Below are positions 9,831 through 18,743 of a DNA stretch of 64,000 nt, piece after piece. Positions within the stretch are counted from its first letter, which is position 1, and the number at the start of each line of letters is the position of its first letter. Source of the DNA: Gemmatimonadota bacterium (GTDB lineage: Bacteria > Gemmatimonadota > Gemmatimonadetes > Gemmatimonadales > Gemmatimonadaceae); contig JAZJZK010000027.1 in NCBI GenBank assembly GCA_040389905.1, positions 32,001 to 96,000 on the forward strand, written 5' to 3'. Both the position numbers and the translations under genes were made by a program. The notes beneath the pieces were generated by a model that did no database searches, was not told the origin of the DNA, and was given only the letters and a program-made list of their open reading frames with translations.

Positions 9831-12800
9831 ATGAAGAACGATGCGAAACGCGACCGCTGCCGGACACTCTTCGAGCTCGTCGAGTATCGAGCCGAAGCGA
9901 GCGCCGACAGGACGGCCTACCGCTTTGTGTCGTCGTCGGGTGAAGAAGACGGTACGCTGACCTACGGCGAGCTGCGCGAACGAGCAGCAATGATGGCGAG
10001 CCATCTGGCTGCTGTCACCGAGGCCGGCGATCGTGTCATCCTGCTATTGCCGCCGGGGCTGGATTACGTCGCGGCGTTGTTCGCCTGCCAATTTGCGGCC
10101 ACGGTCGCGGTGCCGGCCTATCCGCCCAATCCCCGGCGCCCGGATGGTCGCGTCGCCGGCATTATCGAAGACAGTGGCGCACGCGTCGCCATCGTCTCGT
10201 CCGCATTGCATGGCCGCCTTGGGCGCTCGATCGAGAACTCGCCGGTCCTTGGCCGCGTCGTCTGGCTCGACATCGAATCGATGAACGGGGACTCGGCGGA
10301 CGGCGGCATACGTCCTCCAGCGCGCGATGCGCTCGCGTTTCTGCAGTACACGTCTGGGTCGACGGGTGCACCGCGCGGCGTAATGCTGCCGCATGCGTCG
10401 GTCATGCACAACTTCGGCGTCATCCATCATGCGCTGCGCCACAGCGAAGACGATGAAGGCGTGTTCTGGGTGCCGCCGTACCACGACATGGGCCTCGTTG
10501 GCGGAATTCTCGAGCCGCTGTACGCCGGCTTTCCGACGAATCTGATGTCACCGTCGACGTTCTCGCAGCGGCCCGCGCGGTGGCTCGAGGCATTGTCGAA
10601 GTACCGCGCGACGACGAGCGGCGCGCCGAACTTTGCCTTCGACCTCGCAGCGGAACGCATTACGGAGGAAGAGAAGACCGCGCTCGATCTGTCGCATTGG
10701 CGCGTGGCCGCGAATGGAGCGGAACCGGTGCGCGCGGATACTATCGAGCGCTTCACGCGGGCGTTCGCGCCGTACGGCTTTCGGGCAGAGACCTTCATGC
10801 CGTGTTACGGTCTCGCGGAAATCACGTTGTTCGCGGCAGGAGAAACGCGGGTCACGCCGCCAGTCATCCTCTCCGCCGATCGCGCCCTCCTCGAGGCGCG
10901 ACGCCTCGCCGAAAGTGTTGCTCCCGACGCGTCGCGGCTCGTGACAGTCGGCCCCCCCGCGCGCGGCGTGACGATCTGCATCGTCGATCCCGATACGAAG
11001 CGCGAGTGCGCACGCGACGAAGTGGGGGAGATCTGGCTGGCGAGCGAAAGCATCGGGTCGGGCTATTGGGGACGGCCGGCCGAGACGAAGGATGCCTTCA
11101 ACGCCCGACTGGATGGCCGCGATGAACGATTCCTTCGTACGGGAGACCTCGGCGCGTTCTACGAGGGTGATCTCATCGTCACTGGACGCCTCAAGGATCT
11201 GGCAATCGTCGGTGGCCGCAATTTCTACCCGCAAGACATCGAGCGCGCCGCAGAAGAGAGTCACCCCAACGTACGTTCGGGTGGCGTCGCAGCATTCAGC
11301 GTCGGCGACCTCGGCAGTGAGAAGGTCGTCGTGGTGGCGGAAGTGGTGCGCCACCATCGTGAGCACCAACAGGGTGAGGTCGTCGGCGCGGTCCGGACGT
11401 CGGTCGCCGATGCACTTGGCGTCGTGGTCGACGACGTCGTCCTGATTCGACACGGGACGCTCCCGAAAACGTCGAGCGGAAAGTTGCAGCGCCGGCTCAC
11501 CAGGGCGCGCTTCCAGTCGGGTGAGCTGCGCGGCACGGAACCACCCGCACCGCCGCGGAATGGGACGCACGCGCCGGACGAGCATGCGTCCAGCGCAGAG
11601 CGGGCAGCAGGGATGCGCTCGTGGCTGCGCGATTATGCGCGAACGACGCTCGATTCGCGGCGTATGGATGAACGTCGTGAGATGGATCCGAGTCTTACCC
11701 GCGAGTTCGCCGCGCGCGGATTCTTCGGCTTGCAAACGCCGCAGAGCCTTGGTGGTACGGCGCTCGCGCACACCGATATGCTACGCGTCGTCGAGCAGTT
11801 GTCGGCAATCGATCTGACGCTCGCGACGTACATCGGCGGACACAATTCGCTCGGGATCCAGCCGATTCTCCGTCACGGGTCCACCGCGCTCCGCGATGCC
11901 GTCATCCCCCAGCTTGCGCGCGGTGCGCGGATCGCGGCGTTGGCGGTCACTGAACCGGCCGCCGGCTCGAATCCGTGGGCGATCGAGTCCGTCGCCATTC
12001 CAGTCGACGGGGGTTATCGGCTGCATGGCGTGAAGAGTTGGATTGGTTCGGCAGGTGTGGCCGATGTCTTCAACGTGCTGGCGCGCGTGCCGGGTGATAC
12101 TGGCGGTCTCACGGCCTTCGCGCTCAATGGAGGAGCGGCGGGACTGCGTATTGGTGATCCCGCGCTCACGATGGGCATGCGGGCCATGCTCCAGAATGCC
12201 GTCCATCTCGACGGTGTCTTTGCAGCCAGCGACGTGATTCTCGGCCATGTCGGCGGCGGCTTCGATGTGGCTCACGACACCTTCCTCCAGGCGCGCCTCG
12301 GCGTGGCCGCCATGTGCCTCGGTGCCATCAAGCGTTCGATCCAGCTCGCGCACCGATACGCGGCGCGACGGAAGGTGGCGTCCGGCAAGTTGCTGGCGCA
12401 CCCGGTGACGCGAGCGCGTCTGGGCCGAATGACTGCCTCCGCCGCCGCGCTCGATACCTACCTCGAGGTGATGGCGTTGCGCCTCGATGCCGGTGTGGCG
12501 CTACCGGAAGATGCATTCGTCATCTGCAAGACGGCCGCACCTGAGCTGTTATGGGATGCCGTCGATAGCGCGATGCAACTGCTCGGGGGGCGAGGATACG
12601 TCGAGACGAATCCGTTGGCGCCGATGCTGCGTGATGCTCGGCTCCTCCGCATCTTCGAAGGTCCCACCGAGCCGCTGTTGGTGCATCTCGGTGCCCGAAC
12701 GCTCAGGGAGGGGGCAGGGCAGCGCACGCTCCTCGGCGACGTTCTCGGCGCGCCGGACATTGCGGATCGCGTCGCCGAAGTGGCGCTGTTGACGACGGGC

Positions 12801-14705
12801 CGGCTCCTGCGCTCCGGGCGCGGCACCGCGCGCGCGACGGCGCAACAGTGGGCGAGTTACCGCCTTGGCCTCGTCGTTACCGAAGCGGCCATGTTGGCAT
12901 CGGCACGAATGGCCGCACAGCGCGCCATTCCCGGCGCTGAACACGCCATCACTGTCTTCGAGGAACGGCTCGAGGCAGCCGTCGCGCGCTGCGTCACGCC
13001 GCATGCGGACGAGCGGCCTGCACTCGACGCGCCTGGTCTCGACGATGCCATCGCGTGGGCGGGCGACGACATCGGTGACATTGAACAGCGCTCCAACACG
13101 GCGCTCGACCCCATGCTCGCCGTCGACTGGGACGACTCGCAGCGCCCAGCCGAAGCAGCGGAGGCGCCTGCCTCCGTCGCAGCGACTCGTACGCCGTCGC
13201 TGTCGTTCATCCTCGAGTGGCTCGTCGAGGAATTCCAGCTGCCACCCGGTACGGCGGAACCCGAAACGAGCCTCCGCGATCACGGCCTCGACTCACTGGC
13301 CGCAACGCGACTTGTCGTGGCGCTCGAAACCCACCTTGGTCGTCGGATCGACGCGTCGCTCCTGTGGCGCGCGGCAACGATCGGTGAATTTGCCGCTGCC
13401 GTCGACGGCGCGCGCGTGGAGGCGTTCACCTTTACGCCGCCCCCGGCGGCGCGCGATCATCGTGCGGATGGAATTCCGGTGGAACAGTGGCCCGAGTTCC
13501 GTGCCCTGCGCTCCCGAATGGCCGACGTCACGACACGAGGCACCGCCAACCCGTACTTCGCCGTCCATGAAGGCATCTCGGGAGCGACAGCCGTGGTGGC
13601 CGGGCGCGAGCTGCTGAATTTCGCCAACTACAATTACCTGGGCCTCTCCGGACATCCTGCCGTCACGCGCGCCGCGCGCGATGCAACTGACCAATACGGT
13701 ACGTCAGTGTCGGCGAGCCGTATTGCCTCGGGCGAACGACCGCTTCATGGCCAGCTCGAATCCGCCATCGCGAAATTCGTCGGCGCGGATGACGCGATCG
13801 TTTTCGTGGGTGGACACGCGACGAACGTGTCCGTGCTGTCGCACCTGTTCGGTCCAGGCGATCTCGTCCTCTGTGACGTGCTGATGCACAACAGCGCCCT
13901 GCAGGGAGCCGCGTTCTCGGGCGCGCGCTGGCTCACCTTTCCACACAACGACTGGCAGGCGTGCGATGCCATGCTCGCCGAGCTGCGTGCTCAGCATCGG
14001 CGAGCGGTCGTGGTCATCGAAGGTGTCTACAGCGCCGACGGCGATGTGCCGGATCTCGGCAAATTCGTAGACGTGAAGGTGCGTCACAACGCCATGCTCA
14101 TGGTCGATGAGGCGCATTCGCTCGGCGTGCTCGGAACCGGGGGCCGCGGAATCGCCGAGGGCGCGGGGGTCGAGCCGGCGGCAATCGACATCCTGATGGG
14201 AACGTTGAGCAAGACGTTGGCGAGCTGCGGCGGCTACGTCGCCGGCAGCAGCGCCCTGGTCGAGTATCTCAAGTACACCGCGCCCGGCTTTGTCTACAGC
14301 GTCGGCATCTCACCCCCGAATGCGGCGGCAGCGCTCGAAGCGCTGCGCGTTCTCGAGGCTGAACCCGAGCGCGTTACGCGCCTGCAGCAGCGAGCGGCGT
14401 ACTTTGCCACGGTGGCGAGAGAAGCGGGGCTGAATACGGGGCGCAGTGCAGGGAGTGCCGTCATTCCAATCGTCGTCGGCGACTCGCACCGCGCCGTGCG
14501 CGTCTCGCAACGCCTGTTCGATCGGGGTATCAACGTGCAGCCGATGATCAGCCCCGCGGTGCCGAACGATGAAGCGCGCCTCCGATTCTTCATCTCCAGC
14601 GAGCACACCACTGAGCAAATCGACGAGGCCATTCGCTTGACGGCAGAAGCGCTGGTGTCGAGCACAGAGAGCGATTCGTCGTTGCAACTGACGGAACAAG
14701 CGTAG
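9831..14705 (+). CDS. Multidomain FAAL - acyl-CoA dehydrogenase - ACP - PLP alpha-oxoamine synthase (SPT/AONS family) fusion, ~1624 aa
   Basis: FAAL (~9831-11530): 'FLQYTSGSTG', 'YHDMGL', 'PCYGLAE', 'RTGDLG', 'PKTSSGK'. ACAD (~11610-12700): 'ALAVTEPAAGS', 'GVKSWI', 'QLLGGRGY', 'RIFEGPTE'. ACP: 'GLDSL', Ser at 13293. PLP domain (~13480-14705): 'NYNYLGL', 'VDEAHS', 'GTLSK', Lys at 14211. Confidence 0.9.
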   Translation: MKNDAKRDRCRTLFELVEYRAEASADRTAYRFVSSSGEEDGTLTYGELRERAAMMASHLAAVTEAGDRVILLLPPGLDYVAALFACQFAATVAVPAYPPNPRRPDGRVAGIIEDSGARVAIVSSALHGRLGRSIENSPVLGRVVWLDIESMNGDSADGGIRPPARDALAFLQYTSGSTGAPRGVMLPHASVMHNFGVIHHALRHSEDDEGVFWVPPYHDMGLVGGILEPLYAGFPTNLMSPSTFSQRPARWLEALSKYRATTSGAPNFAFDLAAERITEEEKTALDLSHWRVAANGAEPVRADTIERFTRAFAPYGFRAETFMPCYGLAEITLFAAGETRVTPPVILSADRALLEARRLAESVAPDASRLVTVGPPARGVTICIVDPDTKRECARDEVGEIWLASESIGSGYWGRPAETKDAFNARLDGRDERFLRTGDLGAFYEGDLIVTGRLKDLAIVGGRNFYPQDIERAAEESHPNVRSGGVAAFSVGDLGSEKVVVVAEVVRHHREHQQGEVVGAVRTSVADALGVVVDDVVLIRHGTLPKTSSGKLQRRLTRARFQSGELRGTEPPAPPRNGTHAPDEHASSAERAAGMRSWLRDYARTTLDSRRMDERREMDPSLTREFAARGFFGLQTPQSLGGTALAHTDMLRVVEQLSAIDLTLATYIGGHNSLGIQPILRHGSTALRDAVIPQLARGARIAALAVTEPAAGSNPWAIESVAIPVDGGYRLHGVKSWIGSAGVADVFNVLARVPGDTGGLTAFALNGGAAGLRIGDPALTMGMRAMLQNAVHLDGVFAASDVILGHVGGGFDVAHDTFLQARLGVAAMCLGAIKRSIQLAHRYAARRKVASGKLLAHPVTRARLGRMTASAAALDTYLEVMALRLDAGVALPEDAFVICKTAAPELLWDAVDSAMQLLGGRGYVETNPLAPMLRDARLLRIFEGPTEPLLVHLGARTLREGAGQRTLLGDVLGAPDIADRVAEVALLTTGRLLRSGRGTARATAQQWASYRLGLVVTEAAMLASARMAAQRAIPGAEHAITVFEERLEAAVARCVTPHADERPALDAPGLDDAIAWAGDDIGDIEQRSNTALDPMLAVDWDDSQRPAEAAEAPASVAATRTPSLSFILEWLVEEFQLPPGTAEPETSLRDHGLDSLAATRLVVALETHLGRRIDASLLWRAATIGEFAAAVDGARVEAFTFTPPPAARDHRADGIPVEQWPEFRALRSRMADVTTRGTANPYFAVHEGISGATAVVAGRELLNFANYNYLGLSGHPAVTRAARDATDQYGTSVSASRIASGERPLHGQLESAIAKFVGADDAIVFVGGHATNVSVLSHLFGPGDLVLCDVLMHNSALQGAAFSGARWLTFPHNDWQACDAMLAELRAQHRRAVVVIEGVYSADGDVPDLGKFVDVKVRHNAMLMVDEAHSLGVLGTGGRGIAEGAGVEPAAIDILMGTLSKTLASCGGYVAGSSALVEYLKYTAPGFVYSVGISPPNAAAALEALRVLEAEPERVTRLQQRAAYFATVAREAGLNTGRSAGSAVIPIVVGDSHRAVRVSQRLFDRGINVQPMISPAVPNDEARLRFFISSEHTTEQIDEAIRLTAEALVSSTESDSSLQLTEQA

Positions 14706-14707
14706 TT

Positions 14708-14814
14708 GTCCGCTCGTTTTGTCGCCCTGAGTGAAACGAAGGGCCCCCACATCATGCCGTTGCAAGAGCAGGTGCAGGCGCGTCGCTTCGCTCAGGGCGA
14801 CAAAACGAGCGGAC
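14708..14814. repeat. REP-like palindromic element with perfect 24-bp inverted arms between convergent genes
   Basis: GTCCGCTCGTTTTGTCGCCCTGAG (14708-14731) and its exact reverse complement (14791-14814). Confidence 0.9.
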
Positions 14815-14824
14815 TGCATGGGGC

Positions 14825-15709
14825 CTACAGCAATCTCCGCTCGACGACGCGCGCCACTCCAGTCGCCGCGATGCCCACGAACAACCCTGCCACGACATCC
14901 ACGGCGTAGTGGTATCCGCCGTATACGGCTCCAAACCCAAGCCCGATTGTCACGAAAACCATGACGATGCCGAGCGCTCGCTGAAATCGGAGCGCGCTCA
15001 TGGTCGCGACGACCGACGCCGCCACGTGCGATGAGGGAAAGGCCGTCCCGCGCGATGAGCCCGACTCCAACAGCGCGATGACGATCGAGCGAACGGGGCC
15101 ATCGGGCGCGTCGGACGGACCGAGCAGGAAGCGTGGGCCATCCACGGGCAGCAAGGCATACGTGGCAAAGCACAGGCAGTACACGACGACCAGTGCGAAG
15201 GTTGACCGCACAAACGCGTTCCGACTGCCAGTCAACGTCAACAATGCCGGCGGAGCATAGATGAGGGCATAGTAGGCGAGGTAGCAGAGGTGCAGCACCT
15301 CGCTCAATGCACTCGAGTGCAGCTGGGCGGCCAGCGTACGCGAAGGGTCGGAGGCGAAAGCGCTCGCCTCCCAGCCGCGAACCAACGCGTCCAGGTGCGG
15401 CCGGCCGACGCCTTCGATGATCCACCGCAGCTCGATGTAGAGAAAAGGCCCGACCGCGAGGGGCGTCCAGTCGCGCACGGTGCGCACGATTCGGCTGGGA
15501 AAAGTGCCGCACACCAACGCACATACCACGGCGGAGAGCATCGCGGTGTGCATAGCCAGCGGCGCCCACGTTGCCGTCCTTGCGGCCAGCCCTACGAGGG
15601 GCACGACCATCACAACGAGGTAGACCGACAGGACCCCGAGCGAGAGCGCCGTGTAGCGGTCGCTCACATCGCGGTCCGGCATCCTCAACCGATCGAGTAG
15701 TCGACGCAT
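14825..15709 (-). CDS. PAP2-superfamily membrane protein, AUR1/inositolphosphorylceramide-synthase-like
   Basis: Multiple TM helices; 'YALLPVDGPR', 'AFPSSH' and 'YHYAVD' match the AUR1/PAP2_3-type catalytic His/His-Asp motifs. Confidence 0.78.
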   Translation of the reverse strand: MRRLLDRLRMPDRDVSDRYTALSLGVLSVYLVVMVVPLVGLAARTATWAPLAMHTAMLSAVVCALVCGTFPSRIVRTVRDWTPLAVGPFLYIELRWIIEGVGRPHLDALVRGWEASAFASDPSRTLAAQLHSSALSEVLHLCYLAYYALIYAPPALLTLTGSRNAFVRSTFALVVVYCLCFATYALLPVDGPRFLLGPSDAPDGPVRSIVIALLESGSSRGTAFPSSHVAASVVATMSALRFQRALGIVMVFVTIGLGFGAVYGGYHYAVDVVAGLFVGIAATGVARVVERRLL

Positions 15710-15765
15710 GGCCCGCAGTATTACCTTTGCGCTCATCCGCCGATAGCCACCCGTTCAGGACGCCC

Positions 15766-16905
15766 GTGAGTCTCGAGATCATTTCCGCCGAGTCGAAGCG
15801 CGACATCAACCGCTTCGTCGATCTGCCATGGCAGATCTATACCAAGAAGGACCATGCACAGTGGATCCCACCGCTTCGGTTGACGGTGCTGGACGCACTC
15901 GATCGGAAGAAACCGTTCTACCGAGACGCGGAACGCGCGCTTTTCATCGCGGTGCGCGACGGAAAGGACGTCGGTCGAATCGCCGCGATCGAGAATCGGA
16001 CGCACAACCGCGTGCATGGAGACAAGGTGGGTTTCTGGGGCTTCTTCGAGAGCGTCGACGATCAGGAGGTGGTGAATGCCCTGTTCGACGCTGCCGCGCG
16101 CTGGCTTGCCGGCCGCGGCCTCGATACGATGCGCGGGCCCGTCATGCCGAGCACGAACTACGATTGCGGTCTGCTGGTCGATGGGTTCGAGCATGAGCCG
16201 ACGTTCATGACGCCGTGGAACCCTCGCTCGTATCCCGCCATGATCGAGCGGGCCGGCCAGGCCAAGGTCAAGGACCTCGTGGCCTACGTCATACCGATGG
16301 CTGATGGGTTCGAACTGCCGCCGACGTTCAAGGCACTGGCGGAACGGGCGCAGTCGAAAGCCGAAATCACCTTTCGCGACCTGGATCTCTCGAATTGGGG
16401 TGAGGAACTCGAGCGATGCTGGGATGTTTACAACTCCGCATGGGAGGAGAATTGGGGCTTCGTGCCCATGACGAAGGATGAATTCGTCGTCATGGCGAAG
16501 GACCTCAAGCCGCTCATGATCACGCAGTTCGTCTTCATGGCCGAGGTCAAGGGCGTTCCGGTCGGCTTCATGTTCATCGTGCCGGATTTCAACAAGATCC
16601 TGAAGAACATTCCCAACGGCAAACTCTTTCCAACGGGCGCGTTCAAGTTGCTCCTCGGGAAGTCGAAGCTGCGCGACGGGCGCATCATGGCGTTCGGCAT
16701 CAAGAAGGAATTCCGGTCCCGCTCCATCTTTCCCGTCTTTGCCTACGAAGCATTCCGACGCGGGCGCGCCTACGGAGCAACCAGCGCTGAGGCGAGCTGG
16801 ATTCTCGAGGACAACGAATTGCTCCTCGCGCCGCTGCGGGGGATCGGGCTCAAGGAACACCGCCGGTGGCGTTTGTACGACGGAACGACATCGCGCTCCG
16901 GCTGA
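15766..16905 (+). CDS. GNAT-fold N-acyltransferase of the YghO / bacterial ceramide synthase (bCerS)-like family
   Basis: 'FVDLPWQIY', 'WIPPL', 'VGRIAAI', 'GFWGFFES.DD', 'RGP....N...GLLVDGF', 'YN.AW..NWGF.P', 'SWILEDN'; GTG start after a CAGGA Shine-Dalgarno. Confidence 0.75.
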   Translation: MSLEIISAESKRDINRFVDLPWQIYTKKDHAQWIPPLRLTVLDALDRKKPFYRDAERALFIAVRDGKDVGRIAAIENRTHNRVHGDKVGFWGFFESVDDQEVVNALFDAAARWLAGRGLDTMRGPVMPSTNYDCGLLVDGFEHEPTFMTPWNPRSYPAMIERAGQAKVKDLVAYVIPMADGFELPPTFKALAERAQSKAEITFRDLDLSNWGEELERCWDVYNSAWEENWGFVPMTKDEFVVMAKDLKPLMITQFVFMAEVKGVPVGFMFIVPDFNKILKNIPNGKLFPTGAFKLLLGKSKLRDGRIMAFGIKKEFRSRSIFPVFAYEAFRRGRAYGATSAEASWILEDNELLLAPLRGIGLKEHRRWRLYDGTTSRSG

Positions 16906-17012
16906 GCACGTAGAAAGGAGGTCTCGCGGGTACGCTGAACGGCCGTGTTCGGCACACGCTTTGCCTAGTAGGCAGTACCGAACTGCCCGCCGAGACTCCT
17001 CAGACCGATCGT

Positions 17013-17825
17013 TTGCCGACCCTTTCTACACGCCTCGCGTCCGCCACCAAGGCAAAACTCCGCACCGTTCAGGACTACTTCTCCCTGGCCGGCCGCGCGT
17101 TGGGCTTCATTTTCGCCCGGCCCTTTTACGCGCAGGATCTCATCCAGCAGATGGATGAGATCGGTGTAAAGTCGCTGGGGATCGTGCTGCTCACCGGTTT
17201 CTTCACCGGAATGGTGCTCGCACTGCAATCGAGCGTGCAGCTCCAGACCTTCGGCGCGACGATGTACATCGGACGACTCGTTTCCGCATCGATGATCCGC
17301 GAGCTCGGCCCCGTGCTCGCCGGTCTCATGGTCGCTGGACGCGTAGGGTCCGGAATCGCCGCGCAACTCGGATCCATGCGCGTGACCGAGCAGATCGACG
17401 CCTTGAACACACTCGGCACCGATCCCATCAAGAAGCTGGTGACGCCGCGCGTACTGGCTGCGCTACTCATGCTGCCGGTGCTCACCGTCATCAATGACTT
17501 CGTCGGCATCCTCGGCGGCAATCTCATTTCGACGGTGCTGGTCGGCATTCCGAGCGGGCTGTACTGGCGCACGGTGTGGGAGCAGATCGCGTCCGATGGA
17601 TTCACGATGCGCTTCATTCCGAACGACTTCGTCCAGGGCATCACGAAACCGTTCGTCTTCGGCGGCATCATTTCGATTTCGGCGTGCTACTTCGGGCTCA
17701 ACACGACCGGCGGTACGGAAGGCGTGGGTCAGGCAACGACGCGGACCGTGGTGCTCTCGAGCATCCTGATCCTCATCGTGGACTACTTCCTCACGCAGAT
17801 CCTTCTTTCGCTGTTTGCACCATGA
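17013..17825 (+). CDS. mlaE: MlaE-family ABC permease
   Basis: 'RELGPVLAGLMVAGRVGSGIAAQLGSMRVTEQIDAL', 'GGTEGVGQATT'. Confidence 0.92.
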   Translation: MPTLSTRLASATKAKLRTVQDYFSLAGRALGFIFARPFYAQDLIQQMDEIGVKSLGIVLLTGFFTGMVLALQSSVQLQTFGATMYIGRLVSASMIRELGPVLAGLMVAGRVGSGIAAQLGSMRVTEQIDALNTLGTDPIKKLVTPRVLAALLMLPVLTVINDFVGILGGNLISTVLVGIPSGLYWRTVWEQIASDGFTMRFIPNDFVQGITKPFVFGGIISISACYFGLNTTGGTEGVGQATTRTVVLSSILILIVDYFLTQILLSLFAP

Positions 17826-18742
17826 TCGACGATCCGCGTGACAAGGGCGACGACGGAACGTTGCCGCGCGAGTCCAAGCGTCGCGGTGAAGGCCGGCGTC
17901 TTGCCGAGCGGAAGCCGGAGAACGTGCGCGCGGCCATTCGGGACGAGCTCGCGGTCGATGAGCCTGCCGATGCGGCGATCGCCGCAAAAAAGGCCGAGCG
18001 GGGCGAAGCCGAGGCGATCATCGAGCTCAGCCACGTCTTCCTTGCGTTCGATTCGCCTATTCTCGAAGACGTCTCGTTCGTTGCGCGCAAAGGGGAGACG
18101 ATCTGTGTGGTCGGAGAGTCGGGTACCGGTAAGAGCACAGCGCTCAAGCTCATCCTTCGCCTACTGGTTCCAGACAAGGGATCGGTCTGTATCGATGGCC
18201 AGGACATCACCGGACTCACCTTCAAGGAAGCACTCGAGGTTCGGCAGCGCATGGGCATGGTCTTCCAGGGGGCCGCGCTGTTCGACTCGATGTCCGTGTT
18301 CGAGAACATCGCATACCCGTTGCGAGAGCACACGGATCTGTCCGAGGAGGAGATCGAACAGCGCGTGCGGGAGAAGCTGGATTTCGTCGATCTCGAGCCG
18401 GACCGTGTCATGAGCCAATTGCCGTCGGAGCTGTCTGGGGGCATGCGGAAGCGCGTCGGCATCGCGCGCGGCATGGCCAACAATCCCGAGATCATGCTGT
18501 ACGACGAGCCGACCTCGGGGCTCGATCCGCTCACCACGGGCACGATTACGCGGCTGATCATGAAGCTGCAGCGAGAGCTGAACGTTACCAGCGTGGTCGT
18601 TTCGCACGACATTCGCTCCGTGTTCCGCATGGCGACACGCGTTGCCGTTCTGCACGACCGAAAGATCGCCTTCTTCGGCACGCCGGAAGAGATGTCCGCC
18701 TCCGACGACACTTACCTCCGCGATTTCCTCGGCGGCAACTGA
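17822..18742 (+). CDS. mlaF: MlaF-family ABC ATPase
   Basis: Walker A 'GESGTGKS', 'FQGAALFDSM', 'LSGGMRKRV', 'YDEPTSGLDP'. Confidence 0.92.
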   Translation: MIDDPRDKGDDGTLPRESKRRGEGRRLAERKPENVRAAIRDELAVDEPADAAIAAKKAERGEAEAIIELSHVFLAFDSPILEDVSFVARKGETICVVGESGTGKSTALKLILRLLVPDKGSVCIDGQDITGLTFKEALEVRQRMGMVFQGAALFDSMSVFENIAYPLREHTDLSEEEIEQRVREKLDFVDLEPDRVMSQLPSELSGGMRKRVGIARGMANNPEIMLYDEPTSGLDPLTTGTITRLIMKLQRELNVTSVVVSHDIRSVFRMATRVAVLHDRKIAFFGTPEEMSASDDTYLRDFLGGN

Positions 18743-18743
18743 C

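Noticed and set aside
13480..14705. Biotin synthesis gene bioF
   Set aside because: The domain is fused to a long-chain FAAL/ACP, no bioA/B/D genes are nearby, and the context points to lipid synthesis.
9831..14705. Canonical NRPS/PKS
   Set aside because: No ketosynthase, condensation or thioesterase motifs are seen; the adenylation domain is FAAL-type.
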